Shown here: in pieces, positions 13,776-24,890 of the stretch | Position numbering within the stretch: the stretch's first letter is position 1 | How the letters are laid out: each line of letters opens with the position of its first letter | Made by a program: the position numbers and the translations under genes | Notes under the pieces: generated by a model | Told to the model about the DNA's origin: nothing | The model's input: the letters and a program-made list of their open reading frames with translations, nothing else | The model's database searches: none | Assembly (NCBI RefSeq): GCF_964355755.1 | Contig: NC_092674.1 | Location: 10,912,001-10,976,000 of the forward strand | DNA length: 64,000 nt | Direction: 5' to 3' | Origin: Antedon mediterranea | Lineage: Eukaryota; Animalia; Echinodermata

Positions 13776-14681
13776 TACTACAATTTCAAAACTTGTTCAA
13801 GAAAGTTGACATCAACCACCTTAAAACACCACAATTTAACATAACGACATTGTTACAGTATGTATGCTACAGTATGCTTTTGTTCGGCTTTCTATATTTT
13901 TGTTTTGTTTTAAGGGCCAGAGTAAAAGTATCGGGAGCTTTCAAGATCTTCTCATTACCGTATATTTAGCAGCCGGACACAAAAGTCACGGTACAATCTC
14001 CCTACTGTAGCCACACTAATTAATTTACTCGTCTGTGACTATTCAGAATGATGCTTAACTGGCTTTGGTTGGGAGAAAACTGGGAATATCAGGAATACCA
14101 ATAAACTAGGCCTACAGTCAGTAGTCCCAAGTTCTATCCCAATACTGACGGTGTGACCAGTGTTAAGTTTCTTTGAGAATATCCAAGGCAATCTTGAGCG
14201 AGGGTTGGCGACAGTAGGGGAAGTTGATTAAAACCAGCAAGGGTACCCCCAAATGCCTTCAGGCATGTTAACCTGATCACCTATTTAAATTTCAACAAAG
14301 CATGGGTGTGTGTGGTGGGGATGGATTGTTTGGCACAGTGGTCAAATTAAATTTGCATACAAAGTAACGTAGAACTTCTATTGGAACTAATTTGTATTTA
14401 GTAATAGTATATTGTCCATCTTTTCACTCACTTACAGTAGCCTATCATCCTCTAGGCCTAGTCTATCATTTCCATGCTTTACACAATTCAACAACATGAA
14501 TAACACAGAACGTAAATGTTATAATTTGAAAAACGACTCATCTCCTTTTTCCATCGACTTCTTTTTAATGTTCTAGGCCTACTAAAAATGAACAAAATAT
14601 CTAGCTTTACAAATATATATGCTTTATAAAATGGTAAAATGTATTAATAGTGTTAATATAACAGGTTAAAACGATACTTAC

Positions 14682-14766
14682 CACTATTTTCACTAGGTGT
14701 TACCACTGATGACATCTTCGGCCGTTTGTTTGGTGGGCCGCCTTCCACCAAATGGTCGGCCATCAT
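14682..14766 (-). CDS. CREBBP: CBP/p300 coding exon 1 (MMADHLVEGGPPNKRPKMSSVVTPSENS)
   Basis: Resembles the CBP N-terminus MAENLLDGPPNPKRAKLSS with its NLS; ATGATG at 14766-14761; GTAAGT donor at 14681-14676, phase 1. Not in the ORF track. Confidence 0.9.
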
Positions 14767-15119
14767 GAGTTTAGCCGAGCCGGTAAATAATATAATAAAT
14801 TAGTACATATAATTCTATCGATAAAACAGCACTGCAAACATTATGCAGGCAGTATATAAGTTCAGATTATATCGAACTTGTTGTCTCCAATGTTAACTAA
14901 GTCATCCTACTATCTTTGAATACAAACGGTCGTTCCGTATCCCTCACACAAACGCGCTTCACGAAAATACACTTGGCTCGCTCAGGTGCTTTCAGTTACA
15001 TCATAACGATACATAAATTTCACAAGTTAGCCTCTATCCACAACCAAAAGAATACATTTTAAGTTAAGACTCCTCAAAGTAATATCCGAGCAGTTTACAT
15101 AGATAAATAAATATCTTTT

Positions 15120-15400
15120 TCGTCGAATATTCCTCCGAAAATCGTAGCAAAATGGCGGCTGTTGATGAAACTTTTCTACGCTTGTCACAGATCTAACAAG
15201 GGAAGCTTCCGAATATTCCCGAAAACGAAATATAATTTATTCATACTTCCTCTCGTCAACATTAGATCACGTGGTACATTTACTGACTGTCTATTGGTCT
15301 AACGCTTGTACGAGCTCTTCTGATTGACAACCCACATTGAATCGGATATTTTCGGAATTGCCCGTAAATGTTCGGTCGTAAATAAAAGGCATGATGGGAA
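15120..15400 (-). promoter_or_regulatory. CBP promoter / TSS region
   Basis: CpG-richer segment upstream of exon 1 with YY1 site CAAAATGGCGGC (15148-15159), nGAAnnTTCnnGAAn (15210-15224), E-box CACGTG (15268-15273), CCAAT on minus (15293-15297) and ZNF143-like GGCATGATGGGAA (15388-15400). Confidence 0.65.
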
Positions 15401-16639
15401 GCTTTAAATGTACCCACATGCCATCGCAAAAACCCTTTAACCTTTGACACTCAGCTGATGATGAAGAATCATGTAGATTTGTAATAAAAAATATCTTAAA
15501 ATTGGGTTATGATCCTATTTTAAATTATTTAAATGCAATGTAATCATTATAAATACAGTTGTATATTATTTAACTTTATAAAAATAGTTGTTTTATTAGC
15601 TGGTACAACAAAATCACCCTGTAAATGTGTTGCACAGTCATCAAAATAGACCAAAGACTAAAGAGAAGGATTGAGCTAGAGTGTGATGATACTTGATAGT
15701 TTTTCAGAAAAATAAAAAAAAACATTCTTGAAATGAACTTAAAATGGTTATATAAACTATACAAAAATGATGTATTTATTATATATTCCGAATATTTATA
15801 ATGGATAAAATCAATCCACAGAGAGGTGCTATAGTAGGCCTACTATTTGTAGGCCTACTCTTCAGGACCGAGTCTTTTTTTTTCCGTGTGACTTTTTGAC
15901 ACTGAAATAAAGTAACATTTGTAATTTTAGGTATTAGTATTTTGATATGAAAAATTTTGTTTGCGTTAGCCGCTTGATTTTGAAACTGGAAATGTAGATA
16001 AATGTAGATGTTCACCACCATTGACCAGTAATCCCTTGAGAGTGAACTTTCTTCCAATAGGAGAAGCTAAATGTACATGTTCAAAGCTTGTTTGTAGTAA
16101 GTTTTGATTATGGGATAGAAAACTTTTGTAAATTTTAAAGCAATGAGTTCATATTATTATCAATTCATGTTAAATTTTTAGAAGGTTACACTCTATTTGG
16201 CTGGAGTAGAGTTTAGGCCTAACAGGTCACTCTACTTAGCAAAATGGAAGCATGTTGCAAAATGGAACCTTTGATTGTAGAATCATTGACGATACCATGT
16301 GCCTATGTTTGAAATGTAATAGTAAGAAAAATAATGCTCTATTTTAAAATTATGGGTTTTTTTTTGCAAGAGAGCAGTCGAAAGCATTTATTATGCCGAG
16401 CAACTGAAAAATAACTGACTTTGCCAAGTTGATCTATGACGAGACTGTGCTTCGTGTAGCACCACTGTTGGTTGGTCTGTCAATGCTTGTATAACATACC
16501 TGTAGAACCATTGTAACATGTTACATGTCCTACACATAGTTAAACACTCTTACCTTTGTTTAAATCTATATAACATATTCAACAAAGTTAAACGACACAG
16601 GAGTGGGGGCTAAAATACTGACATAACGCCTAGTGGAAT

Positions 16640-16912
16640 TGTAGGGGAGTCGCAGATTGGTGGTTGCTTGCCTTCCAATCCCAGTCCAGGGTTCAATCCT
16701 CTGACCTAATGCCAGGGTTGTAACCCACTACTCTTTCAGGTCCACTTCCAAAGCCTCAAATGAGACTTAGGTTATGTGCACAAAAATTAAATAATTCATC
16801 CATCCTGTAATTGTTGAGTTACTATGCCAGTTGGATGCATATGAAATAAATGTGTAACGTACTGCATTTGACGTAAGACAATTATAGTGTCAAATAAATA
16901 TAAACAAATAAA
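16640..16912 (+). mobile_element. tRNA-derived SINE (degenerate)
   Basis: B-box GGTTCAATCC at 16690-16699 and A-rich tail; shares GCTTGCCTyCCAATCCCAG..GGGTTC and TGAGACTT with the copy at 23930-24058. Confidence 0.55.
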
Positions 16913-17739
16913 TTGTATGAATTATTGTATTATTATTTTTTAATTGCTGTTAAATATATGCCTGGTTTTTCATTTGAGGTTTATTTTTCATAAATTTTTG
17001 TTGTTTTGAAAAAAATATTTGTATATTTACCTGTTAATCCTGCTTATCTGTACTTGCCTAGCATTCTCCAGGAACACGGTTGTGGCGTAACAACCAAAAC
17101 TTCCAGACAGTCTCAACTATAATTTATTTCCTTTTTGGAAAACTTACATGGTGTACCGCAAACCTAACTTTACCACTATTAAAATACTGTAATGAAAATG
17201 TTGTATGTGCTGTACCGATTCCTGTATAAGCCTGCTTTTCCAAATATAGAAAGCAGGTTGGAATCGGAATGCTCTTTGACCCAAATATGCTTACATTATA
17301 GTCCTGGGCCGTTAAACAGATCCAATGAGTTGACCAATCACAAACAACAGTTCAGATGATCCAACTTCATTTTCTGAAGTCATTGGTCACATGGTCTAAA
17401 TTTGGGCCCTAAGCACATAGAGCATTTACATCTATTGCCAAACCAGGACATTCAAACTTATCAATTGCCAGCCCAGGGCCGCCAAAAATCGTAAGTAATG
17501 GCAATAATTAGGATGACAATAACGGGACTAAGTTGGCCTTTGGTAACTGTTTTTTTTTTCAATTCTTGTAATTAATTTATTACCATCCTTTTTTTTTTTT
17601 AAATTATTGCCAATGACCCATTCAGACTTACAGTTTGGGCCGGAACTTAAATGTAAACACTACTGCTTTTCAACTTATTTCCATTGTGAAACCATACTTT
17701 GTAATCGTAAAATAAATGTGGGTGAATAACCTTTGTCTT

Positions 17740-17995
17740 ACAGCCTAACTGAGCTGAATTGCGAGCAGGTGTGGACGACACATACAAGAACTTTCTTTTC
17801 CCGTAAAGGTGTCAATTGCTGCCATGAAACGGCGCTCATTTGTCTCTCCACAACAACAGGTGCCGAATGGACCAGTACACAGGGATAACCCCCTACTCTT
17901 CTGAAAAATGAACTGGATTCGTAAAGTGCACACAAGCCAGATTTGTACACTGGACCTCCAGTTTTAAGTTCTTATCCGAAAAGACCCATGGTCAA
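17740..17995 (-). mobile_element. Nin/Deu-domain SINE fragment
   Basis: Minus strand reads TCGGATAAGAACTTAAAACTGGAGGTCCAGTGTAC...GAAGAGTAGGGGGTTATCCC, homologous to the core of 34744-35100. Confidence 0.65.
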
Positions 17996-18469
17996 GGATC
18001 AATTTAGATCAGTACCCTAATTTTACATCATATGTGTTTGGTGTACATAGGGATGTAGCTAATTTGTCACAATGAATGATCATTGTTTGAAGTTTGGTTG
18101 CACTTTTGGGATCATGTCAAAATGATTATACTGCATTTACTCCAGCAACTACGTTTTTTTCACTACAATAACGTATGAATAATTAGTTTACGAGGCAGTC
18201 GATAAAATACTGTGTACGATTCCCCCTGCCCCCCCCCCCCCCCAACACCCCCCTAAAAAACTTAATGAACCAGCTAAAAGTAAACAAAATGTAGTCAACT
18301 GTGTAACTGCAGTAGCCATTTTGACATAGTCCCTTATAACATTTAAATTTGTAGAGATCATTTTCCAGTTTCGAGGTTTTTTCTCAAACCATCAAACCAA
18401 AAGTTGTAAACTTACAATGGATTCGCCTTAAATCACAAGCAAATTTCCGAAACTATTTTCACAAAAATG

Positions 18470-18536
18470 TTTAAAAGAAGGAAACACCAAAGTTACTCTT
18501 TTGATTTAGTACAGCATAAAGTAACTGCATTTTATT
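18470..18536 (-). terminator. Candidate ADCY9 polyadenylation signal (would give a 3' UTR of about 3.3 kb)
   Basis: AATAAA on minus at 18536-18531 followed by a GT/T-rich tract (TTGGTGTTTCCTTCTTTT, about 18490-18473); other AATAAA sites exist. Confidence 0.35.
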
Positions 18537-21500
18537 AGTGTCCCTTTCACACAGCTGTATTTCTAAAAACAAATGCAATTCCACACAATCATGACCAAAT
18601 TTTTAGCACAATACAAATATTGTTTACACATACATTGAAATCGTGAAAATGATAGTGTATTATTATATAATGCTTTATATAGTTCATTTATACATTTGAA
18701 GTATCCCATAAAAACAAACGAGTTAAACAGATTAACATTATTATTAATTACAAACTATTCTTAAATCTTAAAAAGAAAGATATTAATGTATGTACTTTTA
18801 TACCAAATTGTGTCCTAGACTAGTTTACAATGATTTGTCTTATTAAACATCATTTAAATACTATAGGCACATAGTAATAGGGTTGTCCCCTGAATAGGGG
18901 ATGGCTGTAGTGTTAAAAAATACCCCTCGTTACTTTCAGTGTCTCTTTAAATGGTGTTCCCTGTATAGGGGTGTCCCCAAAAATGAGGCTGTACTGTATT
19001 TCACAAAACTAAACCCAAGTGGTGTTGGAAAATTAACATTCTAATAAATAAAATGTATAAAATTGTTTAATATTATTGTAATGCAAACATATCTGTTTAT
19101 ATTACCGATGAAAACACAATTAAGATAAGAAACAAATATCATATTCAAATTAACTTCCTCATCAAAAATATGGCATTATTAAACGCAAGTAGATATGTAG
19201 TCGCATACAGTATGTACAGCAATATACTTCTACATTGGTATAAAAACTTTGACCCACAAAATTTCAATAGTCTACACACACATCAAAAAACATAGAAACA
19301 TACTACAAATCACCGAAGGAAAATTGTTTTCTCGATTAAAAACAGAAAAGTATATATTGTTTGACTATTCTTATATAGATATAAAAAAAAAACAATTTCA
19401 ATATTTCTTCACTTTTCAAAAACGTCAATATTTAAATATAATGTAAATTAAGTAAAACAACATAAATATATGAATTTAAACAATTATATAAAAAGAAAGA
19501 CAAAGAATATTAAAAGTTTAAGGTTTTGTTAAAAATGTATCACCATTCAAAATTATTAGTTATACATACATAATGAATATTCATATCATGTTCAATATTA
19601 CTATACAATTAAAAACATTAAGTGTTTTAAAAGGTATACAATGTGTTTTTAATTGACGTAGAAACTGTGATTTTATCTATGGATGAATAAATGCTATAAT
19701 AAAATGTTATGCTGTGTTCATCTGTCCAGTGAACAATTTGTTAAGTACATAATTTTCGCAATTTTGTTCTTTTGGTGTATATGATTGAAAATAACTTTTA
19801 CCAATTTGTGTTCCATTACAGGTACGCAATGGGTGAAAAAAAAAAAAAATCGATTCTGCCAAGGGAAATTATTCTGAACTACAAATAAAAAATGTGCAAG
19901 TTAAAATAGTGCACTGGATGAACCAGCTTGCGAAACTTGTGTACAGAACAAAATCTATCAATATCAGCTTGTCACTTGTATATTGTAGTGTATTTAGACT
20001 GTAATGAATCTGTTTAGGTGTTTAAAAGTGGTATGAGGGTATTGATAGAAAGAAGGAACCACCTATGTTCCAGTAGCCCACAATTTGGTTTACTATCATT
20101 AACAGGTGTGATAAGTATTAAAAGTAAGTAAATAAGTACCGGTAAGTTACTTAAATTACTGTACATTTTGATCTTTACAATATTTAATATCAAATTGTTT
20201 ATCCATGAGTTAAATACCGTACCTACACAACTACCGTGCATGTTTAAATAATGACATCAGTAAAAATCCAAGGCGGTGTAAAAGGACGTAGGCATATATT
20301 TGACAGACTAACTTGATCATTTTTCTGCAAAAGTTATTATTTTCAAATTATACGAATATGAGAGTTTTCAATCAATCTGGTAGCTATTTAGAATTGTTAA
20401 AGCTATATGCAGGTAAATTTTCTTAAAGAAAAAATCTGATTGGGTGTAGTAAGACTGTGCATTTGACATGTTCAGCACTGATCATATACTTACAATGGGG
20501 CACAGAAAAATGGCTTACTACATATGATTTTTCTTAGTAGAACCATAGAGGAAGATAAGAGATCCTCCATGCTGGAATTCACACAAGTGCATATGATTGT
20601 GCTCGCTGCCTGGATCAGTAGGGAGCCCTCGTGCGCCAAGCTTGTTGTTGAAGTTCTATCTTGGTAACGTTATGCGTTTCTTAAACATCTACAGTATATG
20701 AATTTATGGTATGTTGAAAGAATTTTTATAAAGCAGAACATTAAGAAACTTGTTTGTTAACATGAAGTAAAAATCAAAATGGTGAAATATACCTATACCC
20801 GTTTCACACTGCATAAATTGTTAAAACTTGTACTAACTTTTAACAATAAATTGTGAAAATATTTTGTTTTCATGCATGTATTAAGTAAGTGAACCTTGCA
20901 AAATCTCAGGAGAAAGTACAACTATTTTTGTGATATGCGATTAAGATAATCAGCAAAATACTAGAATGCAGTAACTACTTGGAACATCTTGGAACAAAAA
21001 CAGCAGGCATCTCACTGGTGTTTTGAGATTTTGCACAAAGTTTCTTCACTCCACGCAAACATGGTTACAACTTGTTACAGGTTGTTCATTTTTGAAGATG
21101 TGAAAAGGATATACTGTAGTGTAAGATACAAATGTAAGTAGGTAGCTGACATAATCATAATGGCAATGGTTCAAATTGGAGACAATATATTCAACTATCC
21201 ATTAATCAGAAAAGAACTGTATAAGCAATAACAATTATTGTATGACAATTAAAATGAAAGCCCAATGTCATTAATTCATAATAAAAATCTGTATACATTA
21301 TCATACACATACTGTATTAAGCTCAACAAATAACAAAAATAAAAGAGTATAGGGTGGTTCGATATTCTAGGTTTGTTGAGAAAAAAACAAATGGAAGACA
21401 GAAAGTAAAACAAAAGGATTGCTACAATTATATTGTAATTCATTAATAAAATGTTTCCAAATTTAACTGAATTTTTCAAAATATACATATATGATTTTAA

Positions 21501-21803
21501 ACACAAACTTATGTTTACTTATACTGTATGTGCAGGCTAGACAAATGTATGTAAAGAGAATCACCCTGTTTCACAACTTAGTATGACTACAATACTTTAA
21601 CCTCCTGAACAATTTATTTTTCTTAATATATTGTGAAGTTCTTTAATGAACACATTAACTAATATAACCTGGTTAAAATCCAAGTATGATGCCCTAGAAT
21701 TGAGAATTAAAAATGTCAACATTAACATAGTCATAAGATAACACAAAAATTACAATTGATAATTTAGAAAAACTGACCTAAAAATCATTAAGATACAAAC
21801 ATA

Positions 21804-23543
21804 TTATGGTATAACAACAGGTACCGGATCAGGGAGAGGCTCTGCTTTTTTGCCTATAACAAAAAAGGTCCGCATCGGTGCTTGTTTGCCTTTTACCGTT
21901 ACCTCACCCCTATACTTAAAGTCATACAAGTGATTAAGTTTCTCCACAGTTTCCTCTGCAACTTGAATATGCTTGGCCACACCAGTCGAATCCATACGGC
22001 TGGCGATGTTTACTGCATCGCCCCAGATATCATAAAAGAGCTTTGTTGTTCCAATTACACCAGAGTTAATGCTGCCATGGTGGAAACCGATACGCAGAAT
22101 AAACTCAAACGCTCCCATGGTCATGCTCAAGCTTTCGCTATTAAACGTTTCCACGCATTTCTGCATTTGCAAAGAAAAGTCCAGCAAGGTTTGAAGATGT
22201 TCGTACTTGAAAGTTCTTTCGTGTTCAGGTTTTGAAAAATGAAGTCCACACGCTGCCATGTACGTCGAGCCAATGGTCTTAATCTTTTCAACGTCTCTGA
22301 ATTGTTCTTTTTCTAAAAGCGCATCAAAGTCGCCAATCATTTCATTCAGAATACGAATACATTCGATACCGTCTGCAAATATCTCCGAGTAAAACTCGTT
22401 AAAGTTTATTATGCTTCCAAAAATGATTCCTACATTTTCATGGTTTTTAGAATATTTTGAAGAGGCCGTCTCCTTGAAGCTCTCGTACACAAACTTTGGA
22501 ACAATATTGTGTAGTAATTCTTCAGCCTTGTTTTTCTGTTCTTGAATCTTACCCTTGTCTTCGGCCGCTTGTACTCCTCCGTAGAAATTTAACCGAAAGC
22601 TGATTTCAAACTGACGGTTCAAGAGTAACACAAGAAGAACAAGGAGTAGAACAACAAGAATCAATTCTGGCATGCTACTGGTGTTGTTGTTGTTGTCATC
22701 TGGCATACTGGTAGAGTTTGTAAACAAGTCTGCACCCTCAGTGAACGTACATTGATCAATGCTAGATATAATGATAAGAGTGGCGCCACTCAACAGAGCC
22801 ATAATAGTCTTTGTCCAAGAACTTAATTGAATAAAGTTACAATAGTGCAGTAACGCAACTGTTGTTATAAAACAGTAGAATGGTTGCATCATCAGATCGT
22901 CCTTGTTGCATTGCACGTTAGAATAAACGGCAACGGATGGTAAACTAATTAACACTACTCCAAGAATATGGCGTGGATACCAACTATGAAAGAAACTGAC
23001 AAGGCGGGACGAACATCGCGATCTTGCTTTTAAAAAGAACGCTTCCTGTAGAACAGTTATAAATACACACAGTTGTAGTATTGTTCCAACGGCAAATACA
23101 ATTGCCCAATGCAGTTGCACGTCGAACACGAGGAAACATCCTATTGATGTGAATAAGTACACTAAAAAGCCTATGCCAACATCAAATAGTGTATTATATT
23201 TAGTTGTGGAGATCGTTTCACTTGAAAGACGTCTCGATGACGGTCGTTCTTGCGCTTCCATTTGCTGTTCGTCAATTACAGTGTCATCATTCAGTTGTGC
23301 GCGTAGGTTCCGTGGTTTGAACTGATCACGATACAATCTTTCAACACCACTTTCTTCAAAACTCAACATGCATAGATGAGTCGGCGCAGATTGTAGGTAT
23401 TCTGCGTTTACTTGCTTCATAAAACTAACCAGCCGCCGATCCTCAATCTCTTGCGCTTTTACCTTAGACTCTGTCGTCCTTTCTGAATTGCCTTCTTCAA
23501 CATCTGCTGGTGATAGGCCACCGTTCTCAGAGTGGGTTGTGAT
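21804..23543 (-). CDS. ADCY9: Adenylate cyclase type 9-like terminal coding exon: C1b end, TM7-12, C2 catalytic domain
   Basis: YSKNH, EKIKTIGSTYMAA, GVIGTTKLFYDIWGDAVNIASRMDSTG and VKGK motifs (YSKNH and GTTKL are AC9-type); six hydrophobic helices; acceptor ctgttacag at 23545-23544, with an in-frame alternative AG 12 nt upstream. Confidence 0.93.
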   Translation of the reverse strand: MTTHSENGGLSPADVEEGNSERTTESKVKAQEIEDRRLVSFMKQVNAEYLQSAPTHLCMLSFEESGVERLYRDQFKPRNLRAQLNDDTVIDEQQMEAQERPSSRRLSSETISTTKYNTLFDVGIGFLVYLFTSIGCFLVFDVQLHWAIVFAVGTILQLCVFITVLQEAFFLKARSRCSSRLVSFFHSWYPRHILGVVLISLPSVAVYSNVQCNKDDLMMQPFYCFITTVALLHYCNFIQLSSWTKTIMALLSGATLIIISSIDQCTFTEGADLFTNSTSMPDDNNNNTSSMPELILVVLLLVLLVLLLNRQFEISFRLNFYGGVQAAEDKGKIQEQKNKAEELLHNIVPKFVYESFKETASSKYSKNHENVGIIFGSIINFNEFYSEIFADGIECIRILNEMIGDFDALLEKEQFRDVEKIKTIGSTYMAACGLHFSKPEHERTFKYEHLQTLLDFSLQMQKCVETFNSESLSMTMGAFEFILRIGFHHGSINSGVIGTTKLFYDIWGDAVNIASRMDSTGVAKHIQVAEETVEKLNHLYDFKYRGEVTVKGKQAPMRTFFVIGKKAEPLPDPVPVVIP

Positions 23544-23929
23544 CTGTAACAGAGGCTGGATATTTTGAAAAGGAAGAGAGAAAGAGAACACATGTAAGAC
23601 AAGACACAACACAATGCCAGGCAAATTAACATGCAAATGACATGCAAAATGATTCATGATTCATGCAAATTAGATTTTAAAAGCTCCCAATCACCAAGAA
23701 GAAAATTTCTATTTAAACCAATTGAAGTGCGACCAACATTTATTTATTTATTTTTTTAATTTTCTAAAAATAATATTTTTAATTAAAATCTGTTCAAGTA
23801 CGTAGCCAGGAGATTTTGAGGACTTGAACTTTATTTATTCAATACTTTTAAATTTATAATGATTAGTGCAACAGTATGTTGTTATATATCTCTCAATATC
23901 TAAGGTTCAATCCTAACCTAGTCTTATAA

Positions 23930-24058
23930 ACCAAGTCTCATGTGCGGCTTAGGGAGAGTAGATAGTTAAATAGATATAGATATAAGTTAAAACCCGGACA
24001 CTCGTCAAGATCGAACCCTGGGATTGGGAGGCAAGCGTCAACCTTGGTTCCCTACGGC
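23930..24058 (-). mobile_element. tRNA-derived SINE fragment (same family as 16640-16912)
   Basis: Minus strand GTTGACGCTTGCCTCCCAATCCCAGGGTTCGATC contains a B-box. Confidence 0.5.
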
Positions 24059-24741
24059 CGTATTGTTTAGAGTAACATAAAATATGTACCTTTTATAAAG
24101 ATGACGATTTATATGTATCTTACACTGAGAATATAATTTAAAATCAATTAAAAAAATATTTATTTTAAACAAAAAATGTTTTTAAATCCAATATTTAAAA
24201 AAATTAGTAAATTCAGGACCCTTTGGATCATGTTAAAATTACTTTACTGCAGTAACTACTTATGAAATATGTATAATTTTTAGTTTTTCAATATACAAAA
24301 AGCTGCTAAATAATTATATAAAATATAAACAGCTTACAGAGAACAAAACATAGTTAGCAAAGTTAATGTGATGAGTTCTTTTACGTAAATTCAAAATCTT
24401 TTCCCGGAGCAAGATACAACTTGATATACTGTATATTCTCACGTATAAAGTTGCGTAAATCAGATATACTTATTTAATCCCAGCTTCCCAAGATTTATAT
24501 GATCCACATGAGTCTAAAGTGACCAGAAATTACCATGTTTTAACAATGCTATTCTGGTTACTATAATTCACCAAAATATTAATCACTTACTGCTCCAGAA
24601 TTGCTTAGTAACTGAAATTATACATGTTAAGCCAACATGGATTATGAAATTAAATTTGAATACTAAATGGACATCACACATTTAAGATGTATGTATGTCC
24701 TTTCCCACATTTAATTTTCTAGTAACATGTTACGTACTAAT

Positions 24742-24890
24742 GCTTGGTTCCCACTCGGACACAATGCAAGGACGTAGCGCAACGCAAGTAATTTGGTCAA
24801 TCATAAGCAATGGATTATTTGAACTGTCGTTTTTCATTGGTCAATTGCTTGCGTTGCGCTTACAATCTTTCGTCCTAGTATGAACCAAAG
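24742..24890. mobile_element. Small palindromic Harbinger-like MITE
   Basis: Ends GCTTGGTTC / GAACCAAAG and internal inverted arms GCGCAACGCAAG / CTTGCGTTGCGC. Confidence 0.55.

Noticed and set aside
15400-21800. Divergent or intervening gene between ADCY9 and CBP
   Set aside because: Only short AT-rich ORFs and SINE fragments; no exon-like coding signal found.
23556-23657. N-terminal part of the 617-aa ORF as a signal peptide of a single-exon half-cyclase
   Set aside because: It is the polypyrimidine tract and acceptor region; upstream in-phase exons with a C1a-end motif show the gene is spliced.
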